The notes under the pieces are model-generated. The model saw only the letters and a list, made by a program, of their open reading frames with translations, searched no databases and was not told the origin of the DNA. DNA of 64,000 nucleotides from an uncultured Verrucomicrobiae bacterium (GTDB lineage: Bacteria > Verrucomicrobiota > Verrucomicrobiia > Chthoniobacterales > Chthoniobacteraceae). Position numbers and translations under genes: made by a program. Shown in pieces: positions 29,904 through 40,424 of the stretch; within the stretch, counting starts at the first letter, position 1; each line of letters starts with the position of its first letter. The stretch covers positions 288,001 to 352,000 of the forward strand of contig CAWIKF010000002.1 in assembly GCA_963836755.1 (NCBI GenBank), given 5' to 3'.

Positions 29904-30713
29904 GTGCAGCCGCATCCCGTCATTCCGGTGTGGCTCGGCGCCATCATCGGATGTTTGGTTTTTCTCAGCCTCGCTATTTATGGAGTTTTGCTCCGCCGCG
30001 TTTGCGCGAATGGCGGCAAAGTTAGCGCGCGCGAGTTTGGCATTCCCGATCTTTTTCTCGGCGGCTTTTTTGCCGGGTGGTTCTGCATCGCGATCGCGCG
30101 CGGATTTAACGCCAACCCGCATCCCGTCACGAACGCCGACGAAGTTCGCGGCGCGCTCCTGTTCGTTTTCATCATGATCGGAATCGCCGGATTCCTGCAC
30201 TGGCGCGGCATCGACGTCTGGCGGCAATTCGGCGCGAACCAGGTTTTTCCGCTACTCGCACCGGTGCTGGCTGCCGGATTTTTATTCGCCGCGTATCCGG
30301 CGATCGGGCTTGTCGGTAAGCTCACCGAACTCGGCCTGGGCGCGCGCGCGGAGCAGCAGGAAGTCGTGAAATTTTTTCTCCAGTCACTGCACAATTCCAA
30401 CCGGACTTCCCTCATCCTCACGCTGCTACTCGGCGTCGTCGTTGCGCCGGTCGCCGAGGAATTTTTGTTTCGCGGCTACCTTTACGGCGTGATGAAACGC
30501 TACTGCGGGCCGCTCGTGGCGATGCTGCTCAGCTCCGCGCTTTTCGCCGCAGTGCATCTGAATCTCGCCTCGCTGCCGGCGCTTTTCCTGCTCGCGCTCT
30601 GCTTCGCCATCGTCTACGAAACGACCGGCTGCATCCTCGTGAACATGTCGATGCACGCGCTTTTCAACCTCTTCATGTTCATGGTTTTGCTCCTCGTCCA
30701 GCGCTCCGCATGA
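29904..30713 (+). CDS. CPBP family intramembrane metalloprotease
   Basis: EEFLFRG, FAAVH, HALFN motifs with TM helices. Confidence 0.92.
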   Translation: MQPHPVIPVWLGAIIGCLVFLSLAIYGVLLRRVCANGGKVSAREFGIPDLFLGGFFAGWFCIAIARGFNANPHPVTNADEVRGALLFVFIMIGIAGFLHWRGIDVWRQFGANQVFPLLAPVLAAGFLFAAYPAIGLVGKLTELGLGARAEQQEVVKFFLQSLHNSNRTSLILTLLLGVVVAPVAEEFLFRGYLYGVMKRYCGPLVAMLLSSALFAAVHLNLASLPALFLLALCFAIVYETTGCILVNMSMHALFNLFMFMVLLLVQRSA

Positions 30714-31600
30714 ATCCGCGCGCGCCCGGCGAAGATCAGCTCATCGCGGAACTGACGCGCGGCCTCGTTCGCGGGAAAAATGTGCGCTCAGGCATCGGCG
30801 ATGATTGCGCGGTCGTCGGCACGCGCTCCGCGAAAAAATGGCTGCTGCTGAAAACCGATTGCATCATCGAGGATGTTCATTTCACCGGTCGCAGCGACCC
30901 ATTCCAGATCGGCTGGAAAGCGGCCGCGCGCGCGCTCAGCGACGTCGCCGCGATGGGCGGCATTCCGCTCCACGCGCTTGTCACCATCGCCATTCCCGCG
31001 CCGCTAAACGTCGTGTTTCTAAAAGCGATTTATCGCGGGCTCAACAGCGCGCTCGGGAAATTCGGCGCGGCAATTGTTGGCGGCGAAACCGCGCGCTCGC
31101 CGGCAAATCTTTTTCTCTCCATCGCGCTCGCCGGCGAGGTCGAGCCTGCGCGTTGCGTCACCCGGAGTGGCGGTAAAGTTGGCGACGCGATTTTCGTCAC
31201 GGGCCGGCTTGGCAACTCGATTCGCGGGAAACATCTCACTTTCACGCCGCGCATCGCGGAGGCGCGCTGGCTGACGAAAAATTTCCACATTCACGCGATG
31301 ATGGATTTGAGCGACGGCCTCGGCACCGATCTGCCGCGGCTCGCGCGATCGAGCGGCGTCGACTTCGAAATCGAGGAAAAAAAGCTGCCGCTCACACGCG
31401 GAAGTGACGCGAAAAACGCGCTCGGCGATGGCGAAGATTACGAGCTACTTTTCACCGTCGCCCCAAAGGCCTGCGAAAAGTTGGAACGCAGCTGGAGTAA
31501 AAAATTTCCAGCGCTGCCGCTCACGCGCATCGGCCTGCTGACTCAAAAAAGCAAAAATCGGAATCAAACTTTGCCTCGTGGCTTCGATCATTTCGCATAG
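30710..31600 (+). CDS. thiL: Thiamine-monophosphate kinase
   Basis: GIGDDCA, SDVAAMGG, GGET, MDLSDGL, GEDYELLF. Confidence 0.95.
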   Translation: MNPRAPGEDQLIAELTRGLVRGKNVRSGIGDDCAVVGTRSAKKWLLLKTDCIIEDVHFTGRSDPFQIGWKAAARALSDVAAMGGIPLHALVTIAIPAPLNVVFLKAIYRGLNSALGKFGAAIVGGETARSPANLFLSIALAGEVEPARCVTRSGGKVGDAIFVTGRLGNSIRGKHLTFTPRIAEARWLTKNFHIHAMMDLSDGLGTDLPRLARSSGVDFEIEEKKLPLTRGSDAKNALGDGEDYELLFTVAPKACEKLERSWSKKFPALPLTRIGLLTQKSKNRNQTLPRGFDHFA

Positions 31601-31994
31601 CGCGCAGGAAACTTTTGATTGCGGATTTCGCCTCGCTGCGAGTCTCGCGCGCGGCGACGTGCTCGCGCTCGTCGGCGAACTCGGCGCGGGAAAAACGCAC
31701 TTTGTGAAAGGACTCGCGCGCGGTCTCGACGTGCCGGACGAGGTGACGAGCCCCACCTTCACGCTCGTCCACGAATACGTCGGAGGGCCGCTGCCGCTTT
31801 ATCACATCGACTTTTACCGCATTGATTCTGCGGACGAATTTTCAAAAATCGCCCTCGACGAATATTTGCCGTCCGATGGAATCACAGCTGTGGAATGGGC
31901 CGACAAGTTTCCAGATCTCATCCCGCGAAACGCAAGATGGATTCATTTCCGCGAACGCGAAATCGAAGCGCGTGAAATCGAAATCGCACCGTGA
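31578..31994 (+). CDS. tsaE: tRNA t6A biosynthesis ATPase TsaE
   Basis: GELGAGKT, VTSPTFTL, HIDFYRI, VEWAD. Confidence 0.95.
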   Translation: MASIISHSAQETFDCGFRLAASLARGDVLALVGELGAGKTHFVKGLARGLDVPDEVTSPTFTLVHEYVGGPLPLYHIDFYRIDSADEFSKIALDEYLPSDGITAVEWADKFPDLIPRNARWIHFREREIEAREIEIAP

Positions 31995-32602
31995 TCACGC
32001 TTGCGATCGAAAGTTCTACGAGCCGTGGCAGCGTGGCGATCTCAGACGGAAGTAAAATTCTGTTTGGCGAAACCTTTTTGTGCGAGCGCGGGCACAGCAC
32101 GGAACTTTTTGCAGTTTTGGAACGCTCGCTGAAAATGATTCCGCATTTTGAACAAATTGCAGTCGGCGTCGGCCCCGGCTCGTATTCCGGCATTCGCATC
32201 GCGATCTCGGCAGCCATTGGAATTGGTCTCATCAAAGGCGCTGCGCTGGTCGGCCTGCCGTCGGTGCTTGGCTACGAAACCGATGCGCCGCGCTACTGTG
32301 TGATCGGCGACGCACGCCGCGATTCATTTTACTTCTCGGAGATTTGCGGGCGTGAATGTATGGCCGCGCCGCAGTTACTCGCAGCGCGGGAACTTTCCGC
32401 GCGGTTGGCGGATTGGAATGAGCCGATTTTTGCGCCGGAGCCGCTCGCACTTTTTCCCAACGCACAGCTTGCTTATCCCAGCGCAAATCAACTCGCCCAA
32501 CTCGCGGCGGCTGACCGCGGCATCGTCGCGCGCGACAACCTTGAGCCGCTTTATTTGCGCGAGCCGCACATTACGACGCCTCGTATTTCAAATTCCCCGT
32601 GA
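31991..32602 (+). CDS. tsaB: tRNA t6A biosynthesis protein TsaB
   Basis: LAIESST, HS..L, GPGSYSGIRI, DARR, EPLYLR. Confidence 0.93.
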   Translation: MITLAIESSTSRGSVAISDGSKILFGETFLCERGHSTELFAVLERSLKMIPHFEQIAVGVGPGSYSGIRIAISAAIGIGLIKGAALVGLPSVLGYETDAPRYCVIGDARRDSFYFSEICGRECMAAPQLLAARELSARLADWNEPIFAPEPLALFPNAQLAYPSANQLAQLAAADRGIVARDNLEPLYLREPHITTPRISNSP

Positions 32603-33596
32603 GCAATAAATCGTCGTCGATCCTTTCGTAATGCGGGTTAGCGATGCGCGGCGCCTGCGCAGTGCTTCCGACACCGCGACCGCCGATGCCCGCCTTCGGT
32701 CCGCCGACGAGCAGTGGCGCGATGTAAAAATGCGCGCGATCGACGAGGCGCCGGTCGAATGCCTCGCCGAGCACGCGCGCGCCGCCTTCGATGAGCACGC
32801 TGGTGATTTCGCGGCGACCCAGGTCGCGCAAGATCGCGCGTAAAGTTTTACCGGAATACACGATTGTTTTTGCGCGAAGTTCGTCTGTGAAAACGCGGGC
32901 AGTTCGCGGCAATTTTCCGCTGCGCGAAAGGATGATGCGCCACGGCTGCTTTGCTCCCGGCACGCCGCGCACGGTAAGCTGTGGATCATCGGCGCGAAGC
33001 GTTGCCGCGCCGATCAAGATGGCATCAACGTTTGTGCGCAACCGCTGCGCGTGCGCGCGGGAAGCTTCGCTCGTGATCCACCGACCCTCGGCCGGCGGGC
33101 GCGTGATACGGCCGTCTAGCGACAGTCCCGCTTTTGCGATGACGAACGGAATTTTGGTGACGATCCATTTGTTAAACGCGGCGTTTAGTTCCGTGCAGTC
33201 AGCTTCCAGCACGCCGATGACCGTTTTGATTTTTGCGCGGCGCAAAAGCTTGACGCCACGTCCCGCATGAACGGGATTGGGATCGAGGGCACCGATCACC
33301 ACGCGCTGAAGATTTGCAGCGATAATCGCATCGACGCATGGGGGGGTTCGGCCCTGTGTTGAACACGGTTCCAGCGTCACGTAAAGCGTCGCGCCGCGCG
33401 CGAGGCGTGGATCTTTCAACGCGCGCAGCGCTTCGATTTCCGCATGCGGTTGACCGGCTGCGCGATGAAATCCGCGCGCTAGAATCTTTCCGCGCGCGAT
33501 TATGACCGCACCGACCGCGGGGTTCGGGCTGGTGTGGCCGAGCCCGCGTCGCGCCTCGCGCAGCGCGAGTTGCATGAACTTTTCATCGACCGTCAC
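32571..33596 (-). CDS. ribD: Bifunctional riboflavin deaminase/reductase
   Basis: PNPAVG, HAE, TLEPCS..TPPC, SLDG, IEGG. Confidence 0.96.
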   Translation of the reverse strand: MTVDEKFMQLALREARRGLGHTSPNPAVGAVIIARGKILARGFHRAAGQPHAEIEALRALKDPRLARGATLYVTLEPCSTQGRTPPCVDAIIAANLQRVVIGALDPNPVHAGRGVKLLRRAKIKTVIGVLEADCTELNAAFNKWIVTKIPFVIAKAGLSLDGRITRPPAEGRWITSEASRAHAQRLRTNVDAILIGAATLRADDPQLTVRGVPGAKQPWRIILSRSGKLPRTARVFTDELRAKTIVYSGKTLRAILRDLGRREITSVLIEGGARVLGEAFDRRLVDRAHFYIAPLLVGGPKAGIGGRGVGSTAQAPRIANPHYERIDDDLLLTGNLKYEAS

Positions 33597-33647
33597 AGCG
33601 TTCGTTTAAACCTTGCGCTCTGCAAATTGAACCGGGAACTTTCGGAT

Positions 33648-34634
33648 GTGAAGCTGAGCTTGCGCGAGAAGCGGAATTTTTACCACGAGCTCGGGCGGCT
33701 GATCCGCTCCGGGCGCGCTTTCCCGAGCGCGCTCGAGTTGATGCTCGAAAACACGGGCGGCAGCTTGCGGCGGTTCTTGCGCGCACTGCATGAGGCGGCG
33801 CTGCGCGGCGAAACGGTCGAGGAATCTTTCGCGAAACAGCGGCCGGGCGTGACGGAAATGGAGATAAGCATTCTCTCGGCATCCGAGCGCGCGGGGCGGC
33901 TGGAGCACGCGTGCGCGCAGCTTTCGAGCTACTTTGGCGCGCTGGATCAGGCGCGCGGGATCGTGATCAAGCGTTCGCTTTACCCGGCGTTTATTTTGCA
34001 TTTCGGCATCTTCGTTTTGGCCGCGCCGAAGCTGGCGCTCGGCGGGACAGTCGCGGCTTATTTGCGGCAGACTTTCGGATTTCTGCTGCTGATTTACGTC
34101 GCGGTTTTGCTCCTTGTTTTTCTTCTCAAGCAATTGACCAACGCTGCGCAAACAAACGTCGCGATCGATGCGGCGCTGCGCACGGTGCCGATGGTCGGGA
34201 AAATGCGTCGCGCCTTTGCGCTTGCGAGATTCACCGCGACGTATGAGGCGCAGTTGAGCGCGGGTGTAAATGTGCTCGATACTTTGACTGGCGCGGCGCA
34301 GGCGAGCCAGAGCGCGCTCGTGCGCCAGGCCGCGCGGGAAGCATTGCCGCAAATCCGCACTGGCGCGAAGGTCGGGCCGCTCCTCGAAAATGCGCGCGTG
34401 TTTCCGGCGAGTGTCGCGCGCGCTTTTCGTCTGGCGGAAGAGACGGGCGAGCTCGACGAGGAGTTGCAGCGGCTGACGCGGGAATTTGAAAGCGAAGCGC
34501 TGAGCCGGATCGAAACGCTCAGCGATTGGCTGCCGAAAATCATCTACATGCTGGTGGTTGTTTATCTCGCGTATCAGATGATCGGCATCTACCAAAAGTC
34601 GCTCTCGACCTATACCAAGCTGCTCGATAGCTGA
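33648..34634 (+). CDS. Type II secretion F / PilC family protein
   Basis: Two T2SSF repeats (ERAGRLE, EETGELD) and YP before TM helices; GTG start. Confidence 0.85.
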   Translation: MKLSLREKRNFYHELGRLIRSGRAFPSALELMLENTGGSLRRFLRALHEAALRGETVEESFAKQRPGVTEMEISILSASERAGRLEHACAQLSSYFGALDQARGIVIKRSLYPAFILHFGIFVLAAPKLALGGTVAAYLRQTFGFLLLIYVAVLLLVFLLKQLTNAAQTNVAIDAALRTVPMVGKMRRAFALARFTATYEAQLSAGVNVLDTLTGAAQASQSALVRQAAREALPQIRTGAKVGPLLENARVFPASVARAFRLAEETGELDEELQRLTREFESEALSRIETLSDWLPKIIYMLVVVYLAYQMIGIYQKSLSTYTKLLDS

Positions 34635-34645
34635 AAGGCGCGGCT

Positions 34646-35224
34646 TTATTTGCCGATGTAGATCGCGTCGTCCGGCCAGTCGCTTTGGAGATAACCGTTC
34701 TCCATATTCACAAACGGCAGGTAATTTCGCATCACGCGCACCGGCGCGAGCAGGCGCATCGTCTGGACTTCCTCGATGGATTGTTCGCCGTGATTGCGGA
34801 GGAGGCTCGGGATGACTTTTTCCTGCACGGTCTGAACGATGTCGGTATCATTTTCGCCGTCAATGAAGAGCAACAGCGCGAGCTTTCCATCGATCTCCGC
34901 GATGTGACTTTCAAAAATGATCTGCGTGAAAATCGAGCGGACGAAAGGCTCTCTTTTGATGTCCTCGGTGAGCTGTTTAAAAGTGACGCCGATGCGGAAT
35001 TTGATCGTGTAAAGGTGCCGCGCGGTGAATTGCCCGGTGCCGGCCGCGGTGAGATCGACGTGCGTGTGATAGGAAAGGATGCCGGCCTGCTCGAGGCGCT
35101 TTCGCTTGCGGCCGACGGTGCGGACATTGACGCCGGTGATTTCGCCGACGCCGTTGTCGGATTCCCGCGGGTCGCGAACGAGCTGGCGCAAGATCAACCG
35201 TTCCTGTTCATCGAGAGATTTCAT
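34646..35224 (-). CDS. Lrp/AsnC family transcriptional regulator
   Basis: LDEQERLILRQL..DPR..TV..KRKRLEQAGIL HTH; divergent from gltB. Confidence 0.75.
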   Translation of the reverse strand: MKSLDEQERLILRQLVRDPRESDNGVGEITGVNVRTVGRKRKRLEQAGILSYHTHVDLTAAGTGQFTARHLYTIKFRIGVTFKQLTEDIKREPFVRSIFTQIIFESHIAEIDGKLALLLFIDGENDTDIVQTVQEKVIPSLLRNHGEQSIEEVQTMRLLAPVRVMRNYLPFVNMENGYLQSDWPDDAIYIGK

Positions 35225-35382
35225 GGACTGATAGTTTGGGGTGAAAAGTCCAACATTAGACAGAACCAGCTGAGATGGCGACCTTTTTTTGTAGAAAAAA
35301 GAGAAAATTTGTCTTGAATTGTCGCGCGAGGCTTTTAACATTCGCACATTCGCAGTTTTATGGTTTAAATTAGGGACTAATT

Positions 35383-38300
35383 ATGAACGAGGTTATCGCA
35401 GACCAGATTGCCGGGCGCCCGACGCTTTACTCGCCGGAATTCGAGCACGACGCATGCGGCGTCGGATTCATTGCGCAAGTCAGCGGCAAGCGTTCAAACC
35501 AAGTGCTGCGATACGGGCTCGAATCGCTCTGCCGGCTCGCGCATCGCGGCGCGGTCGATGCGGATGCGAAGACGGGCGACGGCGCGGGCGTGTCGACGCA
35601 GATTCCTTACAAGGTTTTCGCGCCGGACCTGAAGCGGCTCGGACATCAACTTTTTCAGGAGAGCGACCTCGGCGTCGGCTTTATTTTTCTACCGCACGAC
35701 AACGCCTACGCACAGGCGCGCGCCAAAGCGATCACCGAGGAAATCATCGAAAAGCGGGGGCTGTTTTTGTTCGGCTGGCGCGAAGTCCCAGTGAATCTGA
35801 AGGTGCTCGGCGAAAAAGCGCAATCAACGATGCCTCGCATTGAGCAGGTGCTGGTCGGTCGCCCGTGGGGCATGACCGATGACGACTATGAGCGCCGCCT
35901 TTTTTTGGCGAGGAATGAGATTGAAAAGCGGGCAGCCGAAGCTGAAATCAGACATTTTTACATCCCAAGTTTTTCGCATCGCACCATCGCCTATAAAGGG
36001 CTGATGATTTCGCCGTCGCTGGAAAAATTTTACAAGGACCTCTCGCATCCCGAATACGAGACGGCGTTCTGCGTTTACCATCAGCGCTACTCGACGAACA
36101 CTTTCCCGACCTGGCCGCTCGGCCAGCCGTTCCGCATGCTCGCGCACAATGGCGAGATCAACACGCGCCGCGGCAACGTCAACTGGATGCGCGCGCGCGA
36201 AGCGGAATTGGAAGCCGATTTTTGGGGTGCGGACATCGATCTTTTGAAACCGATCATTCAGCCCGGCGGCAGCGATTCGGCGGAACTCGATAATGCGCTC
36301 GAGGCGCTCGTAATGAGCGGCCGCGACATTTTGCACGCGATGACGATGCTCGTCCCGCCGGCATGGCGCTCGGACAAAAACATGTCGCCGGAGCTGCAGG
36401 GATTTTACGAATTTCATCGCTGCTTCACCGAGCCGTGGGACGGTCCGGCTGCGCTGGTGTTTAACGATGGTATCACAGTCGGCGCGTGCCTCGATCGCAA
36501 CGGCTTGCGACCCGCGCGCTTCAAATTGACCGACGACGGGATTTTTTCGCTCGGCTCTGAAGTTGGGGTGATCGATTTCGACGACGCGAACATTATCGAA
36601 AAAGGCCGGCTCGCGCCCGGTGAGATGATCGCTGTCGATACCGCTCGCGGGAAATTGTTGCGCGACGCGGAGATCAAGGCGCAGCTTGCCTCGCGGCGGC
36701 CTTACGCACTTTGGCTGAAGGAGAATTTGCTGCAGCTCGACCGGCACGTGAAGACCGAAATCTCCGAGCCGTCGGGCGAGCTCGATATTTTGACGCTCAC
36801 GCAAAAACAGATCGCGTTTGGCTACACGAGCGAGGAGCTCGACATCATCTTAAAGCCGATGCTCGGCAGCGCCGCCGAGGCCGTCGGCTCGATGGGCGAC
36901 GACACGCCGCTCGCGGTGCTCTCGCTCCAGCCGCGGCTCCTTTACACTTACTTTAAACAACTATTTGCGCAGGTCACCAATCCGCCGATTGATCCGATCC
37001 GCGAAAAACTTGTCATGTCGCTCTGGACGATCATGGGGTGGCGGCGGAACTGGCTTGGCGAATCGCCGGAAAATGCGTGTCTCGTCCGCATCGAATCGCC
37101 TCTGCTTTTCGAGCACGAACTCGAGGCGTTGAAAAATTTGCCGGCGCCACACACGACCGCGACAATCTCCGCCACGTGGCCCCTCGCGGAAGGTGAGGCG
37201 GGTCTGGAAAAAGCGATTGATCGCATCTGCCGCGAAGCCGAGGAAGCGGTCATCGGCGGCGCGCGGATGCTGATTCTAAGCGACCGCGCGGTCGATCACG
37301 CGAACGTCCCCGTGCCGATGCTGCTGGTGACGGGCGCGGTGCATCATCATCTCACGCGCGTCGGCAAACGGATGAAAGCTTCCATCATTTGCGAGAGCGG
37401 CGAAGCGCGCGACGTGCATCATCTCGCGTGCCTAGTCGGCTACGGCGCGAGCGCTGTGGTGCCGTATCTCGCGTTCGAATCGGTGCGCGAAATTTATGAA
37501 AAGGCGCGCGCATCCGCGAAGCCGGAGCTGACCGACGTGACGTTTGCGAAGGCGCTGAAAAACTATCGCAAGGCACTTGAAGATGGGCTGTTGAAAATCA
37601 TGTCAAAAATGGGCATCAGCGTCCTCGGCAGCTATCTCGGCGCGCAGATTTTCGAAGCGATTGGCGTCGGCCCAGCGGTGATTTCAAAATGCTTCCTCGG
37701 CACTTCGTCGCAAGTCGGGGGCATCGGTTTCGTAGAGATTGCGCGTGAAAGTTTGGCGCGCCATCACAACGGCTTCGCGCAGGCCGTGCCGCAGGACAAG
37801 GAAGGTCGGCCGCTGCTCGGAGATCCCGGCTACTACAGGTTTCGCCGCGAGGGCGAGGCGCACGCGGTGACGCCGCCGGTCATCAAAAACTTTCACACGT
37901 TCGTCAAGAGCGGGAAACCGGAAGACTACAAAAATTACGTCGACGCGATGCTCGTGAATCGGCCGCTTTCGCTGCGCGACTTATGCGAGTTCGTGCCGCT
38001 CGCGAGCGGGCCGGTGCCAGTCGAGGAAGTCGAATCGATCGAGGAAATTCGCAAACGTTTTACCACTGCCGGCATGTCGCTCGGCGCACTTTCTCCCGAG
38101 GCGCACGAGTGCCTCGCGATCGCGATGAACCGCATCGGCGGCAAGTCGAACAGTGGCGAGGGCGGCGAGGATCCGGAGCGTTTTAAGCATCGCGAAAATG
38201 GCGACCTCGCCAATTCCGCGATCAAACAAGTGGCGTCAGGCCGTTTCGGCGTGAAGGCCGCATATCTGGCGAGCGCAAAGGAAATCGAAATCAAAATGGC

Positions 38301-39978
38301 GCAAGGCTCGAAGCCGGGCGAGGGCGGCCAGTTGCCCGGCGGAAAAGTTTCCGGCATCATCGCGCGGCTGCGCCACACGGTGCCCGGCGTGATGCTGATC
38401 TCGCCGCCGCCACATCACGACATTTACTCGATCGAGGATCTCGCGCAGTTGATTTACGATTTGAAACAGGTCAATCCGCGTGCGCGAATTTGTGTGAAAC
38501 TCGTCGCCGAGGCCGGCGTCGGCACGATCGCGGCCGGCGTGGCCAAGGCGCACGCCGACGTGATTTTGATCAGCGGACACGATGGCGGCACGGGCGCGTC
38601 GCCGTTGTCATCTGTGAAAAACGCGGGCAGCGCGTGGGAGCTCGGTGTCGCGGAGGCGCAGCAGGTTTTGATGCTCAACGGCCTGCGCGACCGCGTGACG
38701 CTGCGCACCGATGGCGGCATGCGCACCGGCGCGGACATCGTTTACGGCGCGCTTTTCGGAGCGGAGGAATACAATTTCGGCACGACCGCGCTCATCGCCG
38801 CGGGCTGCGTTTACGTGCGCCAATGCCATCTCAACACCTGCCCCGTCGGCATCGCGACGCAGGACGAGCGGCTGCGCGGAAAGTTCAAGGGCAAGCCCGA
38901 AAACGTGATCAATTTTTTCAACGGCGTCGCTCAGGAAGTGCGCGAAATCATGGCGAGCCTCGGCGTGCGGACGTTGCGCGAATTGATCGGGCAGACGAAA
39001 TTTTTGCGCCAGCGCCACATCGCCGATCATCCAAAGGCGAACACGCTCGACCTTTCGCGCATCCTCGCCGATGTCGCGCCGGGCGACGACACGACGCCGC
39101 GCTTTTGCACGCGCGATCGCAACGACGGCCACGGCGACCGCCCGCTCGACGACACGATTTTGCAGGATGCGAAGGACGCGATCACGGACCACACGCCGAT
39201 GTCGCTTTCGTATCGCGTCAAAAATACGAACCGCTCGATCGGCGCGAAAGTCAGCGGCGAAGTCGGCTATCAATATGGCGATGCGGGGCTGCCGGAGGGG
39301 ACGCTCGAGTTGAAATTGCAAGGCAGCGCGGGACAAAGTTTCGGCGCGTTTTTGACGCCGGGCATCAAACTCGTCCTCGAAGGCGAGGCGAATGACTACG
39401 TCGGCAAAAGCATGAGCGGCGGCGAGATCGTCGTCCGCCCGTCGTCGACGCGAAAGTTTGCCGCGCACGACAATGCGATCATGGGAAACACCGTTCTTTA
39501 TGGCGCAACCGGCGGCACGCTTTTCGCCAGCGGCCGCGCGGGCGAGCGCTTCGCTGTGCGCAATTCCGGCGGCGTCGCTGTCGTCGAAGGGCTCGGCGAT
39601 CACGGCTGCGAATACATGACCAACGGCACCGTCATCGTCCTCGGCCGCACCGGAAAAAATTTCGGCGCGGGCATGACCGGCGGCATCGCATATGTGCTCG
39701 ACCTCGAGGAGAAATTTGAGTCGCTTTACAACCCCGCCCTCGTCGTGCTGGAAAAATTAAACGAGGAAGACGTCCTGATCGTGCAGCAACTCGTTTACAA
39801 ACATCTCGAAAATACCGAGAGCGTCCGCGCGAAGGAAATTCTCGCCGATTGGCCGGCGTTCGCGGCAAAGTTTTGGAAAGTGAAACCGCACACGCCCGCG
39901 GCGAAGCCAGCCGAGGTGCAGCCGAAAGCCGCCGCCGAGACTGTGATTACCGAGCAAATCACCGCGGCACAACCTTGA
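35383..39978 (+). CDS. gltB: Glutamate synthase large subunit
   Basis: DACGVGF, HQRYSTNT, SNSGEGGED, KMAQGSKPGEGGQL, CHLNTCPVG, GXGXG domain. Confidence 0.98.
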   Translation: MNEVIADQIAGRPTLYSPEFEHDACGVGFIAQVSGKRSNQVLRYGLESLCRLAHRGAVDADAKTGDGAGVSTQIPYKVFAPDLKRLGHQLFQESDLGVGFIFLPHDNAYAQARAKAITEEIIEKRGLFLFGWREVPVNLKVLGEKAQSTMPRIEQVLVGRPWGMTDDDYERRLFLARNEIEKRAAEAEIRHFYIPSFSHRTIAYKGLMISPSLEKFYKDLSHPEYETAFCVYHQRYSTNTFPTWPLGQPFRMLAHNGEINTRRGNVNWMRAREAELEADFWGADIDLLKPIIQPGGSDSAELDNALEALVMSGRDILHAMTMLVPPAWRSDKNMSPELQGFYEFHRCFTEPWDGPAALVFNDGITVGACLDRNGLRPARFKLTDDGIFSLGSEVGVIDFDDANIIEKGRLAPGEMIAVDTARGKLLRDAEIKAQLASRRPYALWLKENLLQLDRHVKTEISEPSGELDILTLTQKQIAFGYTSEELDIILKPMLGSAAEAVGSMGDDTPLAVLSLQPRLLYTYFKQLFAQVTNPPIDPIREKLVMSLWTIMGWRRNWLGESPENACLVRIESPLLFEHELEALKNLPAPHTTATISATWPLAEGEAGLEKAIDRICREAEEAVIGGARMLILSDRAVDHANVPVPMLLVTGAVHHHLTRVGKRMKASIICESGEARDVHHLACLVGYGASAVVPYLAFESVREIYEKARASAKPELTDVTFAKALKNYRKALEDGLLKIMSKMGISVLGSYLGAQIFEAIGVGPAVISKCFLGTSSQVGGIGFVEIARESLARHHNGFAQAVPQDKEGRPLLGDPGYYRFRREGEAHAVTPPVIKNFHTFVKSGKPEDYKNYVDAMLVNRPLSLRDLCEFVPLASGPVPVEEVESIEEIRKRFTTAGMSLGALSPEAHECLAIAMNRIGGKSNSGEGGEDPERFKHRENGDLANSAIKQVASGRFGVKAAYLASAKEIEIKMAQGSKPGEGGQLPGGKVSGIIARLRHTVPGVMLISPPPHHDIYSIEDLAQLIYDLKQVNPRARICVKLVAEAGVGTIAAGVAKAHADVILISGHDGGTGASPLSSVKNAGSAWELGVAEAQQVLMLNGLRDRVTLRTDGGMRTGADIVYGALFGAEEYNFGTTALIAAGCVYVRQCHLNTCPVGIATQDERLRGKFKGKPENVINFFNGVAQEVREIMASLGVRTLRELIGQTKFLRQRHIADHPKANTLDLSRILADVAPGDDTTPRFCTRDRNDGHGDRPLDDTILQDAKDAITDHTPMSLSYRVKNTNRSIGAKVSGEVGYQYGDAGLPEGTLELKLQGSAGQSFGAFLTPGIKLVLEGEANDYVGKSMSGGEIVVRPSSTRKFAAHDNAIMGNTVLYGATGGTLFASGRAGERFAVRNSGGVAVVEGLGDHGCEYMTNGTVIVLGRTGKNFGAGMTGGIAYVLDLEEKFESLYNPALVVLEKLNEEDVLIVQQLVYKHLENTESVRAKEILADWPAFAAKFWKVKPHTPAAKPAEVQPKAAAETVITEQITAAQP

Positions 39979-40020
39979 CGCCATTCTTTGTTCACGTCCG
40001 TGGCTAACGAAAAAAAATCT

Positions 40021-40413
40021 ATGGAAATCGCCAAGCAACTCTCCGTTTTTCTCGACAATAAACCTGGCACTCTCGCGCGGGTTTGCGACGAACTCGCGCG
40101 GCACGACATCAACATTTACGCGCTCACGATTTCCGACACGGTCGATCACGCAGTCGTCCGCATGGTCGTGAGCGACCCGCAAAAGGCGCTGCATATTTTC
40201 GGCGATCACGGCGTGCTCGTCGTTGAAAACAACGTCCTCTTCATCGAGAACAGCAACAAGCCGGGCAGCCTCGCGGCCATCGCGCAAAAACTTTCCGCGG
40301 CGAAAATCAACATCGAATACGCCTACCTCGCCACGAGCCCGAGCTCGAAAAAAGGTCTGCTGATCCTGCGCGCGAGCAACACCAGCAAGGCGCTCGAGGT
40401 CCTTCAGCGCTAG
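40021..40413 (+). CDS. Tandem ACT domain protein
   Basis: QLSVFLDNKPGTL..NI and NKPGSLA..INIEYAY. Confidence 0.9.
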   Translation: MEIAKQLSVFLDNKPGTLARVCDELARHDINIYALTISDTVDHAVVRMVVSDPQKALHIFGDHGVLVVENNVLFIENSNKPGSLAAIAQKLSAAKINIEYAYLATSPSSKKGLLILRASNTSKALEVLQR

Positions 40414-40424
40414 TTTTGCGCGGA

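Noticed and set aside
33597..33647. FMN riboswitch for ribD (also checked before ribBA)
   Set aside because: Gaps of about 40-50 bp are too short and lack RFN motifs
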